Assembly: GCA_002269645.1 (NCBI GenBank)
Contig: NIVC01001332.1
Location: forward strand, 1 to 64,000
From: Macrostomum lignano
Lineage: Eukaryota
Reading direction: 5' to 3'
Length of the DNA stretch: 64,000 nt
Shown: in pieces, positions 1 to 11,771 of the stretch
How positions within the stretch are numbered: position 1 is the first letter of the stretch
Layout: every line of letters begins with the position of its first letter
Made by a program: the position numbers and the translations under genes
The notes under the pieces: model-generated
Databases searched by the model: none
Told to the model about the DNA's origin: nothing
Seen by the model: only the letters and a program-made list of their open reading frames with translations

Positions 1-83
1 AAGCTCCCACAGCCATAAGTGCAAGGCTTTTCGTGTGCTGTCCTCACCCCCGAATATCGCTGGATTAGCTGCTGGTAGTTCAT
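1..83 (-). CDS. Start of the next Polinton gene, running off the window (MNYQQLIQRYSGVRTAHEKPCTYGCGS...)
   Basis: ATG at 83-81 overlaps the TGA of the penton C-terminal frame (ATGA), and the frame is open to the window edge. Confidence 0.35.
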   Translation of the reverse strand, partial: MNYQQLIQRYSGVRTAHEKPCTYGCGS

Positions 84-887
84 TGAATGCGTTTCTCCCG
101 AATCTGAACTGTGAGCAGAACAGGGCTGTGAGTCTGTGCAATCAGTGGGCAACCATAGATGTCCCGCAGCTGAACTCGAATGCTGTGAAGAAGAATCGAA
201 TAAGAATATTGTTTTCTTAAATATTTTTGTTTGATAGTTGCCCCATTCAATGCCAGCTTTCATTCCAACTGTTCTCAACAAGGAGCCCCAGTTGCAATTA
301 GTTGACTCAACGACACTGCAGTGTACATTGATTAAGCTGGTGCGCGGACAGCCAATGCAATGCTCGGACACGCGGCTTCCTGGCTGGATTTTCACAGCCT
401 GGTTTCCAAATCCCAGCCAATGCAGAATTTTGCTGGATGGGAGAAACAGCTCTGCTCTCGTCGTGTTGTTGTGCACCACAGTTCGTGAGTTGCGGATTTC
501 GAACTTCATACCGAATTCCCTGTTGCCACTACGCCCCATCAGGCCGGACTCATCAGCCTCCATCTCAGACTCCCTGTCACTCATCGCATCAAAGAACAGC
601 GAATCAGAGTTGGCCAGCAGCTCATTCAGGCGCTCCACCAGCTCCTCCACTCTAGCAAAGCGTCCGGGTTGAAGAACCAGGGCCTCATGCTCTCTTCCAT
701 CTGAGACAGTGAAGCAGTAAGGCTCGTCAACATTGAACCATGCAGCAGGCAGATGGATTTCAGCCAGACCTGCCTCATAGTCCACATTTCGATCCAAGTA
801 AATAGGTGAAGGCAGGTAAAAATTAAAGTCACTAGGAGTACCTTCAGCATGCTCACTGTTAATCAAAATAGTTCGCATTATAATCAT
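80..887 (-). pseudogene. Polinton minor capsid protein (penton/PX-like), with one frameshift near 185-240
   Basis: Not in the ORF track; translated by hand from ATG 887: MIIMRTILINSEHAEGTPSDFNFYLPSPIYLDRNVDYEAGLAEIHLPAAWFNV...PGRFARVEELVERLN...WLGF...LINVHCSVVES...LLRTV. The typical C-terminus (SIRVQLRDIYGCPLIAQTHSPVLLTVQIREKRIQ*) lies in a different frame and ends at TGA 82-80. Motif recognition is from memory of Polinton PX proteins. Confidence 0.7.
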
Positions 888-915
888 AAACTACATGATG
901 AGGGATGTGTCAAAG

Positions 916-1983
916 CTAAACCTTTCTTAAGTCTTTTTCATCCACCCAGCCAGTCGAATCGTAGCCGGCCCACTTCACCAGATAGCGAATTTTTCCCTTC
1001 CGCTTCTCCGTTTTCAGGATCTTCTCAATCACATACAGCCGCTGTGAGTCCGGGACAGCTTGCAGCTCGTGCTCATGGAAGAGTCCTCGAATCTCTTCCC
1101 CCCGCATGTCTTTAATCTTGTACATGTAGGGATAATGTTTTGGGGCTCTGCTCACCACGGTGTACACTTCCTCACTCCAGCTCGCTTTGTATCCCTTTTT
1201 GAATAGCCGTGGAGCATTGGAAATTCTCACTGACTGGTTTTCAGCGAATTTAGGCTTCCTTAATTTTTCTAGAGTCTCGACTGCTTTTCCGTCGTACAGG
1301 TTCATCCACACTTCAGATTCATTCTCTTTGCAGACACTAGTGGGTGCCATTTTGATGCTTCTGTGATAGGTATTGTTGTAAGATTTTACCAGCTTAGGCA
1401 GCACATCAAGCCAGTGCAGTGTGCTCTTGTAGGTGAAGTAGCGCCACATTCTACTTTTCAGAGTCCGATTCCATCGCTCAATGACAGCCGCCTTCTGCTC
1501 GCTGTTAGTTGGGAAAGCCAGAATCCCTCTGTCAATGCAGTATTGACGGAAAGTGGAGTTGATAAATTCCTTCCCCTGATCTGTGCGAACTGTGCGTGGC
1601 TGGCGCTTTGAACTTCTCAGTATGCTCTCGAAAGCTGACTTCACTTCTGTAGCAGTTTTATTTTTCAGTGCCTTGGCCCAAGCACACTTTGACAGTACGT
1701 CAATACATGTAAGAATATATTTGTAGCCTTTATTATACTTTGCGAATGGAATCATTTCTACCAAGTCAAGTTCCCACTGATCATCGATAGCCCGCACTAT
1801 GATTGGGGCCCTTGGATATCGCCTCCTAGCTGGCTTGTGTAGGGTGTGCACTGACTGCTCACTGAGCCACTGTTCTATGCTCTTAGTGGATTTGCGATCT
1901 CCTCTTCTCCTAACTTCATTCAACAGTTTGGAAGCACTAGAAAAACTAGCCGGCTGTTGTGGGTCAAAGTAAATTTTTTCCAT
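916..1983 (-). CDS. Retroviral-like (rve) DDE integrase with C-terminal chromodomain, Polinton type
   Basis: Catalytic motifs WELDLVEM (D), RTDQGKEF (D) and IERWNRTLK (E). C-terminal VIEKILK...YLVKWAGYDSTGWVDEKDL is a chromo-like fold. ATG at 1983; the track starts at TTG 1989. Confidence 0.92.
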   Translation of the reverse strand: MEKIYFDPQQPASFSSASKLLNEVRRRGDRKSTKSIEQWLSEQSVHTLHKPARRRYPRAPIIVRAIDDQWELDLVEMIPFAKYNKGYKYILTCIDVLSKCAWAKALKNKTATEVKSAFESILRSSKRQPRTVRTDQGKEFINSTFRQYCIDRGILAFPTNSEQKAAVIERWNRTLKSRMWRYFTYKSTLHWLDVLPKLVKSYNNTYHRSIKMAPTSVCKENESEVWMNLYDGKAVETLEKLRKPKFAENQSVRISNAPRLFKKGYKASWSEEVYTVVSRAPKHYPYMYKIKDMRGEEIRGLFHEHELQAVPDSQRLYVIEKILKTEKRKGKIRYLVKWAGYDSTGWVDEKDLRKV

Positions 1984-2353
1984 CCTCAAATGAAAAAGAA
2001 CCAGATGTACACAGGTATGTTTTTCTTAAGAACAACGATTGGCGTTTTAAAAGACATGTTATATTCCAATATTAAACTCATACAGCGTACACTCATTATA
2101 TTTTTTTTTAAATTAGGGACTGCGAACAGTTGGTGATCTTAAAAAGAAGATTGCAGGAAATAGTAACACTGAGTAGTGCAAATAAGTATAAATTGCATGC
2201 ATTTAAGTATAAACTTGGTTTGTTAACACCTGAATAAATAAGACTAAATGGTTAAGACAATTGTCAAAACTTAACTTAGCTGAATAAAATTAGACAAAGG
2301 CAAACCAAACTGAATTATCCTTTGAGTCTCATCAGTCTCATCCAACCTCCAGC

Positions 2354-3085
2354 TCAGTCTTCAAAACGCAGCTTAGACACCTTCATTGTCTCCTGCCTGC
2401 GCAGAGGATACGGCAGTTTTCGCTTCCGATTGTTCTCCACCTCAGCGGCATGAGCCCGGAATCGGTACCACACCGGATCCTGCTGTAGGTCCGTGTCCTC
2501 CGCCGGGATGTTCCCAGTCGATGTGCCGGCTCTGGCCAAAGGTGTGGAAGTCACAGCCTCGATGTCGGTTGTCAGCTCCGATGGTGAGCCGACCTCCTCC
2601 TCGCCTTCAGCAGCCTCAGTCTTGACCGGCAGTATGAGGGTGGCGTCTTCGTCCTCATCTTCGGATGAGCTCAGCTCGTACTTCGCCCCCGCACCTTGGT
2701 AGGGCTCTGATAGCTGCTGGTCTATCCAGTCCGAAGTCTGCCACAGCTTCTGCCAGAGCCTCGGAGACAGCGGCACGGTGTTGCGCTTCATAAATTCATC
2801 ACAGCAGTCCTCAGGCAGCCGCTTCAGCCAGATGAGGCCATCCTTGACTTGAACAAATTTGTCGAAGCCCAGCTTGATGACCTTGAGCTCGTTGTTCAGA
2901 GCCGACTTCACCAGGGAGCGCTTTAACTCCTTTAGCTTCGTCCACTGCTGCACATTCAAGTTGAAACCAGGAACACCAGGCTTGAGGCTTGCTGTGCTGC
3001 CATGTCGGTAAAACTTCCTGATCGCGATGTATTTCTGGCCTTCGAATTCTTGCACCTGCACTCTGTAACCTTCACTAATATCCAT
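2354..3085 (-). CDS. PC4/Sub1-like ssDNA-binding protein, probably two tandem PC4 domains plus an acidic tail
   Basis: VQVQEFEGQKYIAIRKFY...LKPGVPGFNLNVQQWTKLKE matches the PC4 C-terminal domain pattern. A weaker second repeat reads LGFDKFVQV...IWLKRL...TVPLSPRLWQKL. Intronless and in the same orientation as the integrase. Confidence 0.75.
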   Translation of the reverse strand: MDISEGYRVQVQEFEGQKYIAIRKFYRHGSTASLKPGVPGFNLNVQQWTKLKELKRSLVKSALNNELKVIKLGFDKFVQVKDGLIWLKRLPEDCCDEFMKRNTVPLSPRLWQKLWQTSDWIDQQLSEPYQGAGAKYELSSSEDEDEDATLILPVKTEAAEGEEEVGSPSELTTDIEAVTSTPLARAGTSTGNIPAEDTDLQQDPVWYRFRAHAAEVENNRKRKLPYPLRRQETMKVSKLRFED

Positions 3086-3325
3086 AGTTCACACAAAATC
3101 ACTTCGAAAACTTGTGAAATCGAATTCAAGAAAAAAATAGATTTACCGTTGAATTTAAAAATCGGGGGCTTATATACCCTCAAAGCGGAGTGGGGTGGGT
3201 GTCAGAATGAGCACCCACCCTTTTTTGCTTATTCGGCATCAAGCAGCGGCTGCTCGTCGGCATCAGCCACACAACCCGTTACAAAGTTTATTGCTCATTT
3301 ATTAACAATGCCAGTGCGCCTTGAG

Positions 3326-3790
3326 CCCACCTCTCTGTCCCTGCACATTAAAGTGCGGCAGAGTTGAACAACTGTTTTAGAGCTCACCTCTCTGTCCCTG
3401 CACAGTGAAAGTGCGGCAGAGTTGAACAACTGTTTTAGAGCTCACCTCTCTGTCCCTGCACAGTGAAAGTGCGGCAGAGTTGAACAACTGTTTTAGAGCT
3501 CACCTCTCTGTCCCTGCACAGTGAAAGTGCGGCAGAGTTGAACAACTGTTTTAGAGCTCACCTCTCTGTCCCTGCACAGTGAAAGTGCGGCAGAGTTGAA
3601 CAACTGTTTTAGAGCTCACCTCTCTGTCCCTGCACAGTGAAAGTGCGGCAGAGTTGAACAACTGTTTTAGAGCTCACCTCTCTGTCCCTGCACAGTGAAA
3701 GTGCGGCAGAGTTGAACAACTGTTTTAGAGCTCACCTCTCTGTCCCTGCACAGTGAAAGTGCGGCAGAGTTGAACAACTGTTTTAGAGCC
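3326..3790. repeat. 58-bp tandem repeat, about 8 near-identical copies, in the Polinton terminal region
   Basis: Unit AGAGCTCACCTCTCTGTCCCTGCACAGTGAAAGTGCGGCAGAGTTGAACAACTGTTTT; period measured 3381 to 3439. Bracketed by a 46-bp direct repeat at 3275-3320 and 3846-3891. Confidence 0.95.
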
Positions 3791-5080
3791 CACCAACAAC
3801 CTCACCTCCACTCCAAACCCTACCCTTTCCACTCAAGCCCCCGCACCCGTTACAAAGTTTATTACCCATTTATTATCAATGCCAGTGCGCCAGAGGCAGA
3901 CACTCAAGAGCGGAGCCTCTCCCCGCTTAGAGTTGCATAGGCATTGCTATACAATAAGCACATTGGAGGATGGTGAGGAGTTGCATAGGCCAGGCACAAA
4001 ATTGAGGTGGAAGTTTCCACGCCACGCCTACCTTGCTTTAATTTGTTTACTCTGCTATTCCAAAAACCTTCCAATTCTTTGCTTTGCTTTGCTACCTGCC
4101 CCTCCCAGTGCGGCAGAGTTGCATAAGCGTTTCACCGCCCGCGCCGCCCAGCCAATCACACCCACCCCACGCCCTTATTTCCATTGGCTATCTCAGCTGG
4201 CTCTTTTACGCCCTCCTATCCTTTTACATTACCGCCTATCTCCGCAGTGCAAGTGCGGCAGAGTTGCATAAACTCATACTACTAACTAGGGAATTAGACA
4301 GTGTCTTACCGCTCGGGCACTACACGCTATCACAAGGTTTCTAAGAAATCGTGTGAGTTAGGAATTCCTAGGAAAAATTCATAGTTTAGAATATTTAAAG
4401 TAGGCATTGAGTGATCTTAGACAGACAGCTAGGTCTGCTAAAACTTGGTGGCACGGTGAAATAATAGGACAGAAGTTTTCCCCTAGAACATATTAATAAT
4501 AATAATATGATAATATAATAATATTAATATTAAAAAATTATTATTTTTTTCGGTACAACCTGCTTCCTAAAATTTTCAAAAAAACGCAGTTTTTTGCTTC
4601 GTACGCGTTCGATCTATGATTTTTCTAAATCGTTACTCCTCTGTAGTTTTAAAATTGGCTTCATTTGTTTAGGCAGATAGTGACTGTTTAGTATCAGACA
4701 CTTCACACTTTTTCACCGCTCCCCGTCTCCTAAAACGTTAGAAGATTGCAGTAAATCTCCCTTTAATATCAACTACTTTATGATTAATCCAACTGATGGC
4801 AGCCAAGTGTCAGATAATAATAATAATAACGGTCTAAAAATAATTTATTAAGAGATTCTGTCAACCCACTGAAATAAGGTATGTCAGTAGCTATTTGACT
4901 GTTTCGACTTAACTGGACTTGAATACGTCTGCAAACATTATTCATAACAACAAAAATTCGTAATAAGGCATTGTACTTTTAAAATTGATTCGTTCGGTGG
5001 CAACATCCTACTCAATCAGTTCAATATTTCTGCAGTTTTTTTGTTTCTACGTCTTTAGCGTTAAAAGTCGTTACAGGAAA

Positions 5081-7296
5081 CTACTCAAGAACGGCGACGC
5101 AGCGGAAGCAGCTGCCGCCGATGAAGCCGGCCAGACCCCCGCTCGGTCCGAACAGAAGGCAGTCGCCGTTTCCAGGAATGACCAAAGCGAACAGGCAGGC
5201 CGGCTGCGCCGTGCACTTGAAGATGCAGTCCAGCTGAGGGCTCTTCAGGCCGGACCATCGGGTCAGGAGGGCGCTTGATGCAGCTGGGAAGCTGGACTGA
5301 GCACTGCTGACGCACAGGGAGGCTCCCTTAGCCACTGAAATTAAATTAGACTCACGATTTAGCAAAATTTGTGACTTTTATCGACACTACTCTTAAATAT
5401 TTCCACACAAGTATGTCGATCTGCTCTCACTTGCTAAGATATCGATTTCGAATATGTTGAGGTAGTGGGAAATGGGTTCGAGACCAGTAATGTTCTTGTA
5501 AATCGCGAAATACCTGCCCACAATGGGCTTGGAACAGTTGACTTTGATCGGGTTGTCAGCAACAGTGGGCACATCGGTGTAGTAGAAGCACAGTTGGAAC
5601 AGGTGTGAATTTAATGCAGCCCACACGGCGGGGTTGTTTGTCACACCTGTGGTGGCAGAGGTGAGTGTCATTAAGAAAATGATCTAAAAGTAGCTGCGAA
5701 CCCCTTGCAAGACGCAAACAGCCTATTCGGATCTTCCTGTCGATATTAATTTCGCTAGGCATGTGAAAATTAATATGGCAATGGGTTGTCATCTAGTGAT
5801 TGTAGCGTCGGTCTCACGACTTGAAGGTCGGGGGTTCGATTCCCGATCTCACTTGAATAATTTGTGTTCTTGAACAAGACACTAAACTCTGCTTTGGTTG
5901 AGTTCACCCAACTGTAAATGGGTGCCAGCATTAGCTGGGGTAATTGAGGGTGTATGTGACGACCACGCAATCCTTGGACTGAACAGCCAATAGCTACGGG
6001 TGAGCTGTCGGTTGCACATCTGGCCCAATTGGGGCAGGTGTAACAAAAATATGCAGCAAAAATGCAGCATCAAATTCAGTTAATCAAGCCGAGACCGAGA
6101 TGTAGTCGCTCTCGTCTCAGGAATACTGAATTCAGTTGGATCGTCTACAATTCAGGAATCCGTGGATCGCACAGGGCTGCCATTGTGAGACTATATAGGA
6201 ATAGTTTAATAAGCGACTTTCGCGTTCAAACATAAGAAATGAAGCCCCAAATTATTGCAATCGACATGCACACGCGCTAGATTTGAAGAAGGGATTTAGC
6301 ATTTTACTTTACATGTAAAAAGCAAAGCATTGAAGCTCATGTCTGTGATACCGAGGTTTCGGTGGACTCTGTGTCAATAACGATTCAGAATGCAGTTCTA
6401 ATGTGCCATTAGCAGCATCGGCATTTTGTCTTTATTAAGAAAGCCAAAGGATTCAGGCAGACTTTTAGATCTCCAGGACTCTGTCGGATCTCAATCAATA
6501 GTTTGCATCGAAGCAGCTGGGTGATGGGGCAGACAAGTTCTCTCTCTCGCTCACTCTCGCTCTCACGCCACGACCTCTAGTTCGATTCAGTATGCGACCA
6601 CCTTAATTTATTGCGCCCTGTACACCCTGTGTGAGCGTGTGTATGAGTGTGTGCCTTCGTACAGCACTGTCGCGCTTGCATGTTGCTCAGAAGTCGCAAC
6701 GGAATGGGCAGAATTGACGTCAGCGTTGGTTGTTAGGGACGTTGTCGCCGAAAGGCGTTGCTAGGATGCCCCGAGCCCTTGTGCGAAGATTTTTATAACT
6801 TATTCCACAGCTAGGCGTGAAGTTTGATGGTGATGACCAGCTACCCCTAACCCTCTAGTAGAGTGGTTCTGGCATCAAAGAGAATATCTTTGGTGCCAAA
6901 ACTGTATTTGAATTGCTCAACTTAGCTGCAGGGGGCGGTCTGAAGACACGGCTGGGAGGCGGGGGGTCGCCCCCGCTAATAATCCGCTAATCCCTGAACC
7001 AAAACTATGTGCACTGACTGCAGAGATTTTAGCTGGCACTTACCAAAGCTGATCTGAGTAAATCTCTTGGACCAGGAGTTGTCAAGCCGGTTCCACACTC
7101 GAGCACCAAAAACAGCGTGCGGCCGCTCCATATCCAGCATCACCCATGGCAACGGATCTCCAGTTGCCGAATGAATCATGAATCTATTGGTCACGCCATC
7201 GTTGACCCGGATGGGATCCGCCGTGCCCGAGTAGCTCGACGATGACTTGGCCGATTTGTTCTTGCCAACCAGCACCAGTTGAAATTCAGACACGCT
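5081..7296 (-). CDS. F-type lectin (fucolectin/FTP) domain + C-terminal PAN/apple-like Cys domain; 5' exon(s) not identified
   Basis: Exons 7296-7044, 5646-5431 and 5334-5081 with GT/AG sites and matching phase 1/1. Motifs SSY...NDG...HSATGDPLPWVMLDM...WNRLDNSWSKR and C...VNCSKPIVGRYFAIY...LNIFEIDI, then LDCIFKCTAQPAC...DCLLF...CFRC. Confidence 0.75.
5784..6050 (+). mobile_element. tRNA-derived SINE, copy 1
   Basis: tRNA-like head with B box GGTTCGATTCC and a CORE-like CAACTGTAAATGGG segment. Alignable by eye to the inverted copy at 7427-7735. Confidence 0.8.
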
Positions 7297-7426
7297 CTGC
7301 AGAGCTGGTGAAAGGTTACTTCTTATGATTGAGGCTTTAGGCAAATTTACCTTGTAGGGATTTCTTTTGTCAGTTGAATTGAATCGAATTAATATATGCA
7401 TGACCTTCAACACTTGTAATTTGATT

Positions 7427-7735
7427 AATAGTAATAATAATAATAATTGATTACAGCTGCCCTAATGGGCAGCTGTGCAACCGACAGCTCAGCCGCAGCT
7501 ATTGCGCGGCGCATCTGAAGGCTGCGTACGGCTGTTCAGTCCAAGGACTGGGGGGTCGCCACACACATCCTCAATTACCCCAGCTAATGCTGGCACCCAT
7601 TTTACAGCTGGGTGGACTGAAGCAATTCAGAGTGAAGTCTCTTGCTCAAAGACACAAATTGTTCCAGTGGGGTCGGGAATCGAACCCCTGACCTTCAAGT
7701 CGTGAGTTCGACGCTCGAACCACTGGGCTGCAACC
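7427..7735 (-). mobile_element. tRNA-derived SINE, copy 2, with (ATT)n tail
   Basis: Reverse complement reads GGTTGCAGCCCAGTGGTTCGAGCG...GGTTCGATTCC...CCAGCTGTAAAATGGGTGCC... and ends in ATT repeats. Confidence 0.8.
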
Positions 7736-8566
7736 TTTTATTATACAGTGATAAAACCGTATAACTATTCATTTTTTTATTTACAATTCGAAGCGAAATC
7801 TTCTTTAACTTACGTTTCTGCTTCTAGACTGGTCAAAGTGAAATTTGTTAAAGCAATCAGGTTACCTGCGCTTATTGTAGAACAAAACAGGAAAGCTATG
7901 GTTATTTGTAGACTGTTTTGATTTCTGCTTGGCTTCATGTATAGCAAAAAGAAGCAATTTTTAAAGATTTTTTTAACCGGTTTCTCCCAGTGACAAATAA
8001 GTCTTAACGCTATAGATGCGTCGTGCAAGATGCAGTGGTTAATAACTATTGAATGTCTATTGACTGAACGTGCAGTAGCACCTGAGCTGACTAAATCGAA
8101 GCTCAAATGCTGCTTATTGGTTGAAGCCATCTACCTGTACAGTTAGGCATCACAGTGTCTAGGGTAAATAAGTAATGGTTTCGGGTTTATGGCTTGATTT
8201 TTTAGATTTGACATGCATGGAACCATGGTTGAAGGTTAACATCCGGGTTAGAGCTAATATTTGTAGGAATTAACGGACCATAAAATCGATCGAACTTGTA
8301 GACAAACAAGGCCGAATCAGTAGAAGCGTATGCAGACAAGGTGTGTCAGAACTGCTTATTTTACCTGGTTAAACATAGCAATGGCGCCTGTCAGAGCGGA
8401 GACAACTGTTCTAATCTTCCGATGAGTGCTCTGCATTTCACTTATCAACCCGCTCTGAACTTCAACATAGGCTGGGCATATTCATTCAGAAAGACATTCA
8501 TTTACTTCAGGTATCTGGGTTGCATTTGCTAAAGTCTATGTACTATTAGTAGTACATGTACCATGG

Positions 8567-8892
<326 letters not shown>

Positions 8893-9220
8893 GATGTAAG
8901 CCATAAGTTATTAAAACATAGCTGCCAGTTGTAAAATATATTTGATCCCGAGCTAATTTGTCAATTTGTCGTCGTCTATAATTTATCGGAATTTACTTCT
9001 CATTAAAACAAACTTATCAAGTTTTTATTACGTAACCATAGGAAATGAAATTGCGTGTACCAAACTCACGAGGAAAAACTTCCTGATACAATAATTGGGT
9101 TACATTGAAAAAAGATTCTCGCTAAATACACTTGATTACATTCTACAGTCGGTTACGTAAGCGTGAGTACAATTGTCCAATTGTCAACTGTCCCGCCTTT
9201 CACAGGCCCGCCGGCAGCTG

Positions 9221-10046
9221 TCACTTGTTGGACACGGAGATGCGGCTGAACAGCAGGCCGAACGACCTGCAAATCGGTCCGCACACGCAGTCGGTGACGG
9301 AGACGCAGCACTCCCTGTAGACCCCCGTGCAGATCTTGAACAGCTTCATGCTGGGCGTGATGCACCAGATGTTGTTATAAGCTACGATAGCAAAGGTGCA
9401 GCCCCAGTACAGAGCAATGCACAGGCCAGTGAGCACAGTGAGCAGTTTGTAGCAGCAATTCTTGCCGCCATTGTAGCACCGATATGAGTTGCGCCACACG
9501 CAGTCGATTGAGTGCGCATCGTCCGGCTCAGCCAGGACGTCCTCGAAGCCGACCTGCGCGGAGGTCAGTGAAATGTGTGTAGCACACGCAGACAGAGAGG
9601 CCTAAGGGGCTAGTTTATAACGTTGACCAATGGTATCAACACAAGGACCACCATAGAAGTTACCGTTGTATTAGGACGTAACACTCGCAAATATTGCCGA
9701 TTCATTTGAAGGCCCGCTTGTTTGCGTTTATTTAGCGATGCTTGCCTTCAAAAAGCACCCCTTTAAGCCTGAGAAGCTATAGAATAGATACATGTACAAT
9801 GGTAACTTCTAGTGGTCCTTGTATCGGCAATTAAATGGAAAGACGTTTCAACTTTTCAGCATCGAGTTAAAAAACCGTTCGGAAAATCCAAAAATAAATT
9901 TTTGAAGCCCGGGAACTTTCCATATATTTTGCTATCAAACACTTGCGCTGACCAACCTTGAGGTATGCATTGAGTCCGTTCGGGTCGCGGTTGACCATAT
10001 CCAGGTCGGAGTCGTCGCTCCTGCGTGAATCGTTGTCTCGGCCCAT
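9221..10046 (-). CDS. cav: Caveolin family protein, copy A (140 aa)
   Basis: Exons 10046-9957 (MGRDNDSRRSDDSDLDMVNRDPNGLNAYLK) and 9553-9221 (VGFEDVLAEPDDAHSIDCVW...). Caveolin signature FEDV[IL]AEP, NRDP motif, GT/AG phase 0. Confidence 0.92.
9642..9821. mobile_element. 180-bp MITE-like insertion in the caveolin A intron
   Basis: Imperfect ~28-bp terminal inverted repeats (CAAGGACCACCATAGAAGTTACCGTTGTA / TACAATGGTAACTTCTAGTGGTCCTTG). The 8-bp flanks TATCAACA and TATCGGCA match at 6/8. Confidence 0.6.
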
Positions 10047-11720
10047 GTCGCGTCGCCTACTTCTGGTGAGCTGTTCTTGACTTCCTTCAGGCGGAGCAGA
10101 AATTCAGTTTATTATTCTGCTGGCTTGCGAACCCTCTTAGAGAAAGCTGCTCACTCACTTTTAAGGCGAAATTTTTCATTGCTTTTGCTGCCAGGGCGGG
10201 TTACGCGGCCACACCCTTGTGGAGGCCTGTCGATACAGCGACTTCTTGGGTTGGAAAATCACGAGTTCCCACGCTGAGAAAGCAGCACAGCAACTTGGAC
10301 TACATGGGAATTAAGCGAACGAATGGGTTGGGCGTGGCTGACCTCGATAGTTAGGATTTTCCCAGGACCCCATGGCGCAGAACGATGGCGCTGATGTTGA
10401 AATGGAATGGGAACAACGCCAAAAGAAATTACACTATGCCTACTATTGTAAGTAGCAGCTAAGGGTGCTGAGTCTCTTCGGTTCAAAAAGGGCCTGAAGT
10501 TAAAATGTTTATGCCCACAGAACAGTATGATAGCATGTGAAACTTCAAACTTAAGCTGACTTGCTTTCGAAGCTAAGAAAAATATGGAAGTCTAGCGTTT
10601 AGTATTAGTTCAAAATAGTTTAAGATGCATTGGTATCATTGTCAAGTCGTCCTCAGGAGTAGTTCATAAGTATAATCATAATTAAAAGTCGCTTTGAGCT
10701 GCAGGATTCATTCAGCAGCTGCGGTCTAAGAACTGAAAACCGCTTATCTGCATCTCCGCAACTGTTTTCGAGAGTGAACCGAGTGCTAAACGATTCTAAA
10801 CGAAAGCAGTCATCTTTATTCAACGGCTCGTGAGATTTAAAGCACCCTGTTGTGCTGGGATTTCAAAGTATACATATGGTAAAATTAGGAATGGATTAGA
10901 GAAACAAGACGTGGAATTCTAAATCAGTGTGCGGGAATTGCCGGGGCTGGGAGAAGGAGAACCGTCCCGTGCAATACGATCCCGGAGTTAGCGCTGATGT
11001 ACCCGAAATACCCGACGTCGGATTGTTGTAGGCTACAATTCGCTGCACAGATTATTCTACTCGTAGCATAATAACTTAAAATAACTTGCAGGTTATTATA
11101 AAGCTATCTGTATATTAATAAATCATTCGGTTTAAGCCCCATCTCATATATTCACCGGTTATACTTTCGCCAAAAAACTCATTTGCGAATGTCGCTCTCG
11201 CATAGAGAGAAGAAGCGTCTCCGTATCCAGTAGCAACGGCCACCCGCCCACCGCCCGAGCCTCTCTTAGAAAGAAGAGAAACACCCCTGTCACAAATCCA
11301 AGAGATAGAAACAAACCGAATAGCTATGTAGCTCGAGCTCAAGAACCCGCTGCAATTAAAGAGAGGGCCAAAAACAGCGAACCCCTGACGCGCTTGCCAA
11401 GCAATTCATGAGGCCCGCTTCGGCTTGCAGCGGGAGGGTGGAGGCTGTGCTGTTGAGATGCGCCTTAACTATAGAAGTGGATACAGTCTCATGCCAGCTC
11501 TGCAATTCAATACTGTCAATTGAAGTGTTTCTGCGCAAATAATGCCTCTCCGCTCTGCTCGGTGATGTAGCCGCACTAAGGTAGACAATACTTAGCCCTC
11601 TGCTTGATGGCGCCAAACCATTGTGCTTACAACTGCACCCAAGGCCTGCAAGCATATCGAAAAGAAAAATATTATCAACCCTAAAATGCCCCTAGCAACG
11701 GGTTTAGCGAGGGCTAAGAT

Positions 11721-11723
<3 letters not shown>

Positions 11724-11765
<42 letters not shown>
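11724..11765. repeat. (GA)n microsatellite
   Basis: Visible AG dinucleotide run. Confidence 0.95.

Positions 11766-11771
<6 letters not shown>

Larger units (their letters stand above)
1..4283 (-). mobile_element. Polinton/Maverick (polintovirus-like) element, one terminal part; it continues left of the window
   Basis: Intronless, tightly packed minus-strand genes: a c-integrase with chromodomain next to a penton-like ORF, with an ATGA stop/start overlap at 80-83. A repeat-rich non-coding end finishes in ACTACT (4278-4283), the reverse complement of the AGTAGT Polinton terminus. Confidence 0.85.

Noticed and set aside
3326-3790. CRISPR-like array: the repeat contains GTTTTAGAGCT, the start of the S. 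pyogenes Cas9 repeat
   Set aside because: Units are identical end to end with no unique spacers, there are no cas genes, and the context is eukaryotic. An 11-nt match is treated as coincidence.
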